DNA of 64,000 nucleotides from an uncultured Candidatus Saccharibacteria bacterium (lineage in GTDB: Bacteria; Patescibacteriota; Saccharimonadia; Saccharimonadales; UBA7683), in contig CAYRKQ010000002.1 in NCBI GenBank assembly GCA_964424985.1, positions 13,680 to 77,679 on the forward strand, in the 5' to 3' direction. A program made the position numbers and the translations under genes. Shown piece by piece: positions 55,760-64,000 of the stretch (position 1 is its first letter; the number at the start of each line of letters is the position of its first letter). The notes beneath the pieces are model-generated. The model was not told where the DNA came from and made no database searches. It saw only the letters and a program-made list of their open reading frames with translations.

Positions 55760-58700
55760 CGGCCACGCACTCAGGGTCAAAAAACTCACCAAGTTTCTTC
55801 GTGAAGTCGTCTTTTATTTCTACGCCAAACGGCATTCTGAGCGCTGTTTTACTGGTATTTTCGCCTAATACCAAGATGAGCTCATCGCTGCCTGGAAACT
55901 CACTGGCTACTTTCTTGAGCGTCAGGAGCTTTTCGCTATCATTTGGGTCTTTCAGATGAACATAGAGTTTGGTGGTTGGTGGTTGGTGGTTGGTGGTTAG
56001 TTTTGGTGATTGATCATTTAGTACTTTGGGGGTTATTTGTAATTTGTTATTTGGATTTTGAGATTTACTGAGCTTGCTTCCTTTTGGCGGCTTTGGCTTT
56101 CTACCCTTGGCCTGATACGCTTTGGCATCTTCTTCAGTTACCAGATTGGCTTGGTCGGCCAAGATCTTCAGCTCCTGCCCCATGTTGCCATCGCGATCTT
56201 TGTAATTCACCTTACCCTTCACAATCACCACATGGTCTTGCTGCCAAACGGAATTAAGTTTTTCATACACTCCCGGGAACACAATCAGCTCGCATTCTGA
56301 TGTCTTGTCTTCAATCTTTACAAACGCCATATGAGCACCATTTTTGGTGGTGATAGAACGCACTACTGAAACTACGCCGCCGACAGTGATAGTTTTACCC
56401 TCCATGCTGTCATTAATTTCTTCAAGCGCCAGTGCATTTTCTCGCAGGTAGATGTCGTAACCGTCGAGCGGGTGACTACTCAGGTACAGCCCGAGCAGTT
56501 CACGTTCGTGCAGCAACATGTCACGCTCGCTGAGCTGATCGGGCGATTTTTGAAAACTATATTGCGGCACCACACTCGGCGCTACACCATCAAGACCGCC
56601 AAAAATATCAGCTTGATTTGTTTCTTTTTCTCTATGAATTTTTGAACCAAGACCGAGTAGGCCGTCCAAATTAAACAACAGATCTCCTCGGCTTTCACCA
56701 AGTGAATCGAAACCACCAGATTTTATCAGACTTTCCCACGCCTTGCGATTTACTTTACGTGTGTCGACACGAGTTAAAAAGTCGTTGATGTCTTTAAATA
56801 AACCGTCTTCCTCACGAACCCTTATAATTTCTTCAACCGCGCCGACACCAACATTTTTTACGGCACTCATACCAAAACGAATCTGATTTTTGTCTTTGAC
56901 CACGCCAAATTCGACAAATGACTCGTTGACATCCGGTGGGAGCACCTCAATGCCCATGTGGCGGCACTCGTTAATTTCAATTGCCAAGCGATCAATATCG
57001 TCTGCATCACTGGTCATCAGTGCCGCCATAAAAGCGTCAGGATAATGCGCTTTTAAGTACGCTGTCCAAAAAGAGATGAGCCCGTAGCAGGCGGAGTGAG
57101 ATTTGTTGAATGAATAGTCCGCAAACCCCATCAGATCTTTCCAGAACTTTTCCATGACTGGTCGTGGCACACCGCTGACATTAACGCCGCCTTCGATAAA
57201 GTCTTTCTCCATTTTTTCCATGATGTCGCGCTTCTTTTTACCAATTGCTTTACGGAGCGTATCTGCCTGACCACCGGTAAAACCGCAGACTTCTTTAGAA
57301 ATCTGCATAACCTGCTCTTGATACACCAACACACCAAAGGTAGATTCCAAGGCTGGTTTCATTTTTTCGTGTGGATATTCGGTCTTTTTCAAGCCATTTT
57401 TACGCTCCACATACAGTTGCGTCAGCCCGGCGGTCAACGGACCCGGGCGGTACAATGCGCCCATAGCCACAATATCTTCAAAAACGGTCGGTTTGAGCTG
57501 TTTAAGATAGCGCTTCATACCGGCAGACTCTAGCTGGAAAACGCCGGTGGTATCGCCACGCTTGAAGAGCTCGAACGTTTTTGGATCATCGAGCGGGATC
57601 TCATCTAGTTCAATTGCGGCGCCGTACACACGTTTGATAATTCTCAGAGCGTTGCGAATAATGGTCAAGTTGGAAAGACCCAGAAAATCCATCTTAAGCA
57701 GACCTAGATCTTCTACCGGGCCCATGGCATACTGCGTTGAAACTACCCCTTTTTGTGCCATTTCCAGCGGTACAAACTTGACAATATCGTCTGGCGCAAT
57801 CACCACACCCGCGGCGTGAACACCATGAGAGCGCACGGTGCCTTCCAGACGAACGGCCAGATCAATCACTTGCTTTGATGTGGGGTTATTTTCATATTCG
57901 GCCTTCAAATCTCTATCATTTTTAATGCTTTCGGCCAGAGGAATGTGACGACCCTGAATGGGTGGCGGAATAAGCTTGGCTAAACGATCAGCGTCAGCAT
58001 ACGGAACCTGCATAACACGGGCAACATCGCGCACCGCCGCCCGAGCAGCCATGGTGCCGAACGTCACAATATTGGCTACGCGGTCACCACCGTATTTCTG
58101 CGAACAGTACTCAATGACCTCGTTGCGACGGGTGTCTTGAATATCAATATCAATATCAGGCATGCTGATACGATCGGGGTTTAAGAAACGTTCAAATAGC
58201 AGATCGTACTTAAGCGGATCAAGCTCGGTAATACGGGTAGCGTAGGCGACAATTGAGCCAGCGGCCGAACCGCGACCGGGTCCAAAAACAATTCCTTGGT
58301 CTTTTCCCCAATTTATGAAATCCTGGACAATCAAGAAGTAGCCGTTGAAGCCCATTTTATCAATCACGCCAAGCTCAAACTCGGTACGTTCGAGAATGTC
58401 TTTGGGCAGAGTTTGCATGGCCTCTTCTTGCGTCACCCGCTTTGCCCGAGCCTCTTCTATACCGCCGTAACGCCAGGCCAGGCCGCGGTACACTAGTTTA
58501 TGAAGATACGATTTCTCATCTTCACCTTTTGGTACCGGAAACTTTGGAATTAATATTTTGCCAAGTTCTAAGCTTACCTCACAACGATCAGCAACTGCCT
58601 TGGTATTAAGAATTACTTCCGGATGCTCTTTGCCCCATCGTTTAATAATCTCCTGAGCTGGCTCCACATGCAGCGGGAAATCTTTCAAACTCATTCTGTT

Positions 58701-59462
58701 TTCATCCGCCAGGTATGAACCAGTTCCCACACACAGCAGCGCTTCGTGAGCATCTTGGTCTTCGTGCTTAATGTAGTGGGCATCGCACGTCACCACTACA
58801 GGAATGTCCAGCTTCTTGCCTAGTTTCAGCACGGCTTCGTTAATCTCTCGCTGTTCGCTGCTATGCAGCGGGTTTTCAGGATGGCCGTGATCTTGAATTT
58901 CAAGGTAATACCGATCGCCAAACACTGATTTATACCACTTGGCAATGTTTTCAGCCTTGTCAGTATTACCGTCTTCCAATGCTTGGCCGACTTCGCCACC
59001 CATACAGGCGCTGGTGACAATTAGGCCTTCATTATACTTTTCCAAAATTTCATGATCGATACGTGGGTAATAGTAGTACCCTTCCAGGTTGGCGATGGTT
59101 GAAAGCCGCATCAGGTTTTGGTAGCCGGCATTGTTCATGGCAATAATAATCAGGTGATAGCGAGCCTTGTCTTTTTGGGGGTCTTTATCGGTGTGCCCTC
59201 GCGACGCTACGTAGGTTTCAATGCCAATAAGTGGTTTAATGTCCTGTGCTTTGGCAGTTTTATAAAATTCCACCGTACCAGAAAGCGTACCATGATCTGT
59301 CATGGCTACGGCCTGCATGCCATCTTCTTTTACAAAATCAATCAGTTTCGGAATTTTTGTCAGGCCATCAAGCAGACTGTACTGCGTGTGGTTGTGCAGG
59401 TGCACAAAGTCGCTCGCTTGCAACGTTGCATGTTTAACCGCCTTCGTTTTTGTCTCTCCCAT
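55746..59462 (-). CDS. dnaE: DNA polymerase III alpha subunit
   Basis: The PHP domain begins FVHLHNHTQYSLLDG, with polymerase core and OB-fold regions. The start is ambiguous: an ATG at about 59462 (MGETKT) or a TTG at 59591. Confidence 0.9.
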   Translation of the reverse strand: MGETKTKAVKHATLQASDFVHLHNHTQYSLLDGLTKIPKLIDFVKEDGMQAVAMTDHGTLSGTVEFYKTAKAQDIKPLIGIETYVASRGHTDKDPQKDKARYHLIIIAMNNAGYQNLMRLSTIANLEGYYYYPRIDHEILEKYNEGLIVTSACMGGEVGQALEDGNTDKAENIAKWYKSVFGDRYYLEIQDHGHPENPLHSSEQREINEAVLKLGKKLDIPVVVTCDAHYIKHEDQDAHEALLCVGTGSYLADENRMSLKDFPLHVEPAQEIIKRWGKEHPEVILNTKAVADRCEVSLELGKILIPKFPVPKGEDEKSYLHKLVYRGLAWRYGGIEEARAKRVTQEEAMQTLPKDILERTEFELGVIDKMGFNGYFLIVQDFINWGKDQGIVFGPGRGSAAGSIVAYATRITELDPLKYDLLFERFLNPDRISMPDIDIDIQDTRRNEVIEYCSQKYGGDRVANIVTFGTMAARAAVRDVARVMQVPYADADRLAKLIPPPIQGRHIPLAESIKNDRDLKAEYENNPTSKQVIDLAVRLEGTVRSHGVHAAGVVIAPDDIVKFVPLEMAQKGVVSTQYAMGPVEDLGLLKMDFLGLSNLTIIRNALRIIKRVYGAAIELDEIPLDDPKTFELFKRGDTTGVFQLESAGMKRYLKQLKPTVFEDIVAMGALYRPGPLTAGLTQLYVERKNGLKKTEYPHEKMKPALESTFGVLVYQEQVMQISKEVCGFTGGQADTLRKAIGKKKRDIMEKMEKDFIEGGVNVSGVPRPVMEKFWKDLMGFADYSFNKSHSACYGLISFWTAYLKAHYPDAFMAALMTSDADDIDRLAIEINECRHMGIEVLPPDVNESFVEFGVVKDKNQIRFGMSAVKNVGVGAVEEIIRVREEDGLFKDINDFLTRVDTRKVNRKAWESLIKSGGFDSLGESRGDLLFNLDGLLGLGSKIHREKETNQADIFGGLDGVAPSVVPQYSFQKSPDQLSERDMLLHERELLGLYLSSHPLDGYDIYLRENALALEEINDSMEGKTITVGGVVSVVRSITTKNGAHMAFVKIEDKTSECELIVFPGVYEKLNSVWQQDHVVIVKGKVNYKDRDGNMGQELKILADQANLVTEEDAKAYQAKGRKPKPPKGSKLSKSQNPNNKLQITPKVLNDQSPKLTTNHQPPTTKLYVHLKDPNDSEKLLTLKKVASEFPGSDELILVLGENTSKTALRMPFGVEIKDDFTKKLGEFFDPECVAVKSS

Positions 59463-59577
59463 AGTGTCTAGTATATAGTATGCAGCGGTTCGTATGCAGG
59501 AATTTATACATCCGAGCCACTCCGCCACAAAACATGCCCCCTGCATACTACCCCCCATTCCCTGTATACTACTCATA

Positions 59578-60663
59578 ATGGTTGGAATCAAAAATTTACG
59601 TCTTCACAACGTGCGCTCTCATAAAGCAGCTGATTTTCAATTTGTTGGCACGATGAACGCAATTGTTGGCCCCAATGGTAGTGGCAAGACAACTATTATT
59701 GAGGCACTGTATACGCTGCTTCGAGGTAATGATTTTCGCGGTAGCATTGGTGAAATGACTCGCTACGGCAGCGATCAATTTCGTGCCCAGCTGGAACTGC
59801 TCTCAGAGAACACCATCCACACTCGGAGCCTAGGTTATCAGCAAACTGAGGAAGTAGTGCAAAAGAAATGGGTCATTGATAGCAAAAATTACGCTCGCTT
59901 GCCGCTTAGCGCCCGACTGCCAGTGGTGCTGTTTGAACCAGATCTTGCAAGGCTGATTAGCGGCGGTCCTGAGCGCCGTCGGCAGTATCTCGACCACATA
60001 GCCGCTCAACTCGACATTGAAGTTGCCAGTACTCAAAACCGCTTTGAACGTGCCCTGAAACAACGCAATCAACTGCTAAAACAGCTCCGTGAAACCAATA
60101 CATTTTCTCCGCCTGACGAACTCTTTATCTGGAACACGCAGCTTGCTAGTCTGAGTGAAAAAATTATTGAAGCTCGCTTTAGCGTCGTGGAGAAACTACA
60201 AAAAGAAATAAGCGCCTACTACAAGCGACTGGGCGGAACGGATAAAGTATTCCTCACCTATGCCAGCAGTGCTGGTGCAGACGCCCCATCGTACGCTTCT
60301 CGCCTTCTGCAATTTCTGGAAACCAGTGCACCGCGTGATATTGCGCTTGGGCACACCACTTTTGGCCCTCACCGAGATGATTTAGAGGTGAGACTGGCAG
60401 ATCAACCAGCAGCGCTGCGCGCCAGCCGTGGTGAAGTGCGCACCGTGGTTATTGCTCTTAAACTACTTGAAACCGAGCTTCTCGCTAACCATTTTAAGAC
60501 CAGCAAGCTGAGACCCACACTACTGCTTGATGACGTCCTCAGCGAACTTGATCTCGTGCATCAAGAACAGGTTCTAGCCGGCTTTAAAGATTATCAGGTG
60601 TTTATCACCACTACCGATGCCCACACGCTCACACCGGGCACCTACACCATCGCGCTTGACTAA
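59578..60663 (+). CDS. recF: DNA replication and repair protein RecF
   Basis: MVGIKNLRLHNVRSH...IVGPNGSGKTTIIEA, Walker A, and a C-terminal LLLDDVLSELD. The start is taken at the internal Met. It is divergent from dnaE. Confidence 0.85.
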   Translation: MVGIKNLRLHNVRSHKAADFQFVGTMNAIVGPNGSGKTTIIEALYTLLRGNDFRGSIGEMTRYGSDQFRAQLELLSENTIHTRSLGYQQTEEVVQKKWVIDSKNYARLPLSARLPVVLFEPDLARLISGGPERRRQYLDHIAAQLDIEVASTQNRFERALKQRNQLLKQLRETNTFSPPDELFIWNTQLASLSEKIIEARFSVVEKLQKEISAYYKRLGGTDKVFLTYASSAGADAPSYASRLLQFLETSAPRDIALGHTTFGPHRDDLEVRLADQPAALRASRGEVRTVVIALKLLETELLANHFKTSKLRPTLLLDDVLSELDLVHQEQVLAGFKDYQVFITTTDAHTLTPGTYTIALD

Positions 60664-60665
60664 TT

Positions 60666-60965
60666 TTATTCGCCAGCAGGCGTTTGTTGCCGCTCGAGAT
60701 TTCTCTCTATCGATTTTTTCAAATTATCAATTGGTTTAGACTGCTCAAATTGTGAGAGTATACCCAAAACGAGTGTAGAAACAATCGCTATACCTACAAT
60801 TGAACCCAGCGCAAAAAACATACCCCTCATAAAGTTTGCTACGTAGAGCCGCTTTTTACTCACATAGCCAGCTGCAAAGAGATATTCTAAGGCTTCAACT
60901 GCCGCTTTGGTGTCTAAATGATTGGGTGTTCCGTGCTTTGGCTTGGCTTTATGTGAATCTTGCAT
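60666..60965 (-). CDS. Small hypothetical membrane protein, 99 aa
   Basis: One or two TM segments (FFALGSIVGIAIVSTLVLGIL). Confidence 0.4.
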   Translation of the reverse strand: MQDSHKAKPKHGTPNHLDTKAAVEALEYLFAAGYVSKKRLYVANFMRGMFFALGSIVGIAIVSTLVLGILSQFEQSKPIDNLKKSIERNLERQQTPAGE

Positions 60966-61156
60966 ATGTTTATTGTACTACATATCAACACTTGAGAGCG
61001 GATCGTACGGAAACTCATCATCAACTTGCGGAGCTCGTCTTGCAATCTCGTTAACACTCCAAGAAACTGCTGCTGTTAGAAAATCAGCAACTCGCTGACC
61101 AAGGCCGCCTCTTGATTCACCTAAACTCATGTTATGTTCAGGTGACATGAGCTGTT

Positions 61157-61570
61157 TTAGCCTTTAATTTCTTTTGCCTTAGCAGCTATTTTTTTTCGAA
61201 GTGCTTCAAAGTCTTTTAATATCTGGTCAATCGTCGCGTCGTCACCGTCGTCATCGCCGCTTTTAATTGAGGTGATAGCAGCCTTTACTTTTACTTTTAG
61301 CTCATCGGCCTTCTTAGCAAGTTCTGACCATTCAGCCTCTGCCTTACCCTTAAGATTCTTAGCCTGCTTCTTAGCCTCCTCAGAAAGGCTGCCAAGTTCG
61401 CTATACGCAGTTTTAAGTTTACGTTCGGCGACGCCTTTTACTTCCTTAGCCTTGTTTTTAAGATCTTCACGTGTTTCTTTGCCAGATTTTGGCGCCGTAA
61501 GCAAACCGGCAATAACACCAGCGACTGCCCCAATTAAAATACCGAGACCGAACTTTTTACCTTTTGCCAT
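61157..61570 (-). CDS. YtxH-like general stress protein
   Basis: 137 aa. N-terminal FGLGILIGAVAGVIAGLLTAPKSGKETRE, typical of the YtxH family, followed by coiled coil. Confidence 0.6.
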   Translation of the reverse strand: MAKGKKFGLGILIGAVAGVIAGLLTAPKSGKETREDLKNKAKEVKGVAERKLKTAYSELGSLSEEAKKQAKNLKGKAEAEWSELAKKADELKVKVKAAITSIKSGDDDGDDATIDQILKDFEALRKKIAAKAKEIKG

Positions 61571-61827
61571 TATTCCTCCTTATTCCTCTTCTTCATTGCC
61601 TCACTAATTTGCTCTGCAACAAACTTGGCAATTGTTGCCGGGGTGGCAATTTTGCGAGCCAAAGCGGCTGCATTACTCGCATTTTCCACCAACGTCGTAG
61701 CTTTATCCGAGATTCTCTTAATGTTTTTAACAATCTTCAGCACATAAACCATGATGATCATGCCCAGCACCAGACAGATCGCTAAAACAGTTGAAAGCAC
61801 GATAACTAAAATGTCGTATGAATCCAT
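61570..61827 (-). CDS. DUF948-family membrane protein
   Basis: 85 aa, MDSYDILVIVLSTVLAICLVLGMIIMVYVLK. It is adjacent to YtxH, a common pairing. Confidence 0.6.
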   Translation of the reverse strand: MDSYDILVIVLSTVLAICLVLGMIIMVYVLKIVKNIKRISDKATTLVENASNAAALARKIATPATIAKFVAEQISEAMKKRNKEE

Positions 61828-61919
61828 AGTTTAATTATATCATGCCTGTCACTTAAAGCTGGGCTGGGGTATGGTTTTCATTGTGCCTGAAAGATGCAGT
61901 GACCTCACAGGGAAAGCAC

Positions 61920-64000
61920 TCAGCGAGTGTTAGCAGTAGTGAATCGTCGCCTCTTAACGTATACTCCTATGCCACAGATAGTAATAGCCACAGCTACATA
62001 TAAGATGCTGGATTGACGCATGCCTGTATGAGCAAGTCCTCCAGTAGTGTCAGCACTTGCTAAGCCAACCGGATCAACAATTGTGCCGTTTTCTTCACCA
62101 TCAACGTCAAGCTGCTGTCCATCTGTAATTTCATAGCTTGTCACTACTACTGGCTGGCCGCCAATTGTTTGTTGCGAAAGTGAGGCCTCTTCAATAGTAA
62201 AGTAACTTTGGTCGGCAGGATGGTATTTGCGCACGCTAAAATCGTCTTCTTCAATGTTGTAATGGTAAATAGAGACAGGTGTAGTAAAGCCATCTTCACC
62301 GCAGTCAGCAGCAAAACGAACCAGGCCATTGTTGTACACATACTTGCTGTCGTCTTTTGCATTCTCGTCTTCACCAACAATAGAGACAGAAGTTACGCTG
62401 CATTCTTCTGCCAGCGCAACCGTTACATACTTACCGGTCACAGAACTGACCAGGCTTACCACATGCGCCTGCTCACCATCTGGCGTTCCATCATTATTGC
62501 CATCCCCGTTATTCGGAGCATTGTGTTCTATCTCATCTGAAATAGTATCGGAATCTTGGTCTTCATCATTCCCACCCGGAGAACCATTTCCAGTTCCTGT
62601 ATAGGTAGCTACGGAGTTTCTCTGGCGACTACCTAGGGCATTCGCCATGTACAAGCCTAAATCCTCCTGAGAATTAAGTTCCGTAATGGCGTAGTAGAGA
62701 TCCGCATCAGGTTCCAACATACCACCAGCGTAACCGATAACAGTGCTGTTTTCAGGTACTTCTTCAACGAGGACTACAATACGAGCTTCAAAATAATCTC
62801 CTACCTCAACCGTATCAAAATCGTTAATCAAGCAAGAAAATCCGTCTGCAGACCCGCCACATGCTACGTCAACAGATTCTCCATTTTGATCAAAAACTTC
62901 AAATTCCTGCACCTGCAAACCCGGAATGAGTGTTCCTGAAAGGAAAACCCCTCTTTCGTCTGTGTATGGCTGTGTCCCGAGATTTGTAACTTTATATACA
63001 TAGGTAGCTTCTTGCCCCACCACTAAACCTGGTGCCTCGAGATCAATCTCTAGCTCAAAGTCTGACATGTTATCACAAAACACTGCAGCAATGAATGCCC
63101 AGTTGTTATAGCGAACGTTATCAACTAGTTCCTGCGTGTCGTCAAAATGCTTGTCATAACCCCAACCTCCAAAGAATCCTCGAGTCCATTCGTTATGAGT
63201 AAGATCCATAGTAAAGGAAAGTTCAAACTGTTGTCCGGGCTCTATAGTCCCCTGCCACTCGCCATCAAGAAAAGCACTGGTTATGGCACTACCACCAAAG
63301 TCCATGCCCGTAATTGAAGCGGGGTTAAAACCTTCAAGATCAACGTTTAGCGTAAGGCGCTTAACGGTCTCGGACCCATTATTTTTATAGATCGCTTTGA
63401 ACTGACGTGATGTGTCGCTTCTTTCAAGACATGTTTCAGCTCCTTCAAATTGCACTTCCAAATCATTTGTTACCGGAGGTGGTGGACACTCCGTAGTGGT
63501 AAATGTTTGATCTTCGCCATAGACAGTATCCGAACTATTAACGGCAAATGCGCGGTAATGGTACGTAGTACCACACTCTAACCCGCTTATTCCTTCAGTA
63601 AATCCCCCTTCATTGAAAACCGGCTGAAACTTTTGCACACTGTTTCCATCGGTTACGTAGATATTGCCAAATGAATCAGCAGCAACATCCCTAGGGTAAG
63701 AAAACTGGCCGTCAGCGGAACCGTATGAGCCCCACTTGGTGATGAAGGTACCGTTAGAATCGAACTTTTGGATGCGGTTGTTGCTGGAGTCTGCTACGTA
63801 TATACTACCGGAGAAGTCAGTGGTTATGCCAGAAGGGTAACTTAGCTGGCCGTCACCGGAACCCCACGTTCCCCACTTGGTGAGGAAGGTGCTGGTTTGA
63901 TCGAACTTTTGAACACGGTGGTGGAGATTCCCGTTAGTAACGTAGATATTGCCCGAAGGGTCACTGGTGATATCAGAGGGATAGCAAAACGAACCGTCTG
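61920..64000 (-). CDS. Sortase-anchored surface protein with NHL repeats, an Fn3-like region and a C-terminal LAHTG sorting signal; the N-terminus is beyond the window
   Basis: The frame stays open from 63638 to the window end and encodes NHL repeats (GNIYVTNGNLHHRVQKFD and GSIYVADSSNNRIQKFD). The ORF track's M at 63638 is merely the first GTG in frame. The C-terminus reads LAHTG, then a hydrophobic segment, then KRRRF. Confidence 0.7.
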   Translation of the reverse strand, partial: DGSFCYPSDITSDPSGNIYVTNGNLHHRVQKFDQTSTFLTKWGTWGSGDGQLSYPSGITTDFSGSIYVADSSNNRIQKFDSNGTFITKWGSYGSADGQFSYPRDVAADSFGNIYVTDGNSVQKFQPVFNEGGFTEGISGLECGTTYHYRAFAVNSSDTVYGEDQTFTTTECPPPPVTNDLEVQFEGAETCLERSDTSRQFKAIYKNNGSETVKRLTLNVDLEGFNPASITGMDFGGSAITSAFLDGEWQGTIEPGQQFELSFTMDLTHNEWTRGFFGGWGYDKHFDDTQELVDNVRYNNWAFIAAVFCDNMSDFELEIDLEAPGLVVGQEATYVYKVTNLGTQPYTDERGVFLSGTLIPGLQVQEFEVFDQNGESVDVACGGSADGFSCLINDFDTVEVGDYFEARIVVLVEEVPENSTVIGYAGGMLEPDADLYYAITELNSQEDLGLYMANALGSRQRNSVATYTGTGNGSPGGNDEDQDSDTISDEIEHNAPNNGDGNNDGTPDGEQAHVVSLVSSVTGKYVTVALAEECSVTSVSIVGEDENAKDDSKYVYNNGLVRFAADCGEDGFTTPVSIYHYNIEEDDFSVRKYHPADQSYFTIEEASLSQQTIGGQPVVVTSYEITDGQQLDVDGEENGTIVDPVGLASADTTGGLAHTGMRQSSILYVAVAITICGIGVYVKRRRFTTANTR

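Overview
A 64 kb bacterial chromosome segment, about 47-50% GC, with most genes on the minus strand. The gene content points to a small-genome Candidate Phyla Radiation (CPR) or Saccharibacteria-like organism. Evidence for that: no L30 gene between S5 and L15, a type IV pilus ATPase, a sortase-type LAHTG surface protein, and many leaderless genes. All calls below come from reading the six-frame translations by eye; no searches were run.

Gene content, high to low coordinate on the minus strand:
- clpP, tig and hisS.
- rpoB and rpoC.
- The str operon (rpsL, rpsG, fusA, tuf).
- rpsJ, then the S10/spc ribosomal-protein operon from rplC to rplO (running off the window start).
- A small accessory island at about 26.9-32.5 kb: an amidohydrolase-like gene, a 232 aa unknown, a small membrane protein, two coiled-coil genes, a phosphoribosyltransferase-domain gene, tRNA-Leu(UAG) with a decayed duplicate, rsmD and an S1/P1-nuclease-like gene.
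- recG, tyrS, a class A penicillin-binding protein (+), yacL-radA, clpC, nusA, pepN (+), yraN-rnhB, rplS, a malic enzyme (+), a pilB-like ATPase, a SpoU methyltransferase (+), dnaE, recF (+).
- YtxH and DUF948 stress proteins, and a partial NHL-repeat surface protein with an LAHTG sorting signal.

Most interesting observations:
1. Five short unknown ORFs sit exactly inside the spacers of conserved operons: rpsH-rplF, rplB-rpsS, rpsG-fusA, fusA-tuf and nusA-clpC. Three of them have their own Shine-Dalgarno sequence and a start that is directly adjacent to the upstream stop or shares an ATGA overlap with rplF.
2. Canonical CIRCE (HrcA) operators lie upstream of both clpP and clpC.
3. A GIY-YIG nuclease gene is flanked by perfect 26 bp inverted repeats, inserted between rplS and rnhB.
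4. A homologous family of about 50 nt repeat elements occupies spacers inside the ribosomal-protein operon.
5. A recurring TTGACA-N4/5-TTGACA-N7/8-TATAAT promoter architecture occurs five times, with many leaderless genes.
6. The rpsJ leader carries an anti-Shine-Dalgarno mimic that could sequester the ribosome binding site.
7. A promoter, a 25 aa leaderless ORF and an intrinsic terminator lie ahead of an unknown operon ending in hisS.
8. A 24 bp motif is shared by the nusA and clpC upstream regions.

No CRISPR array, integrase or transposase was seen.
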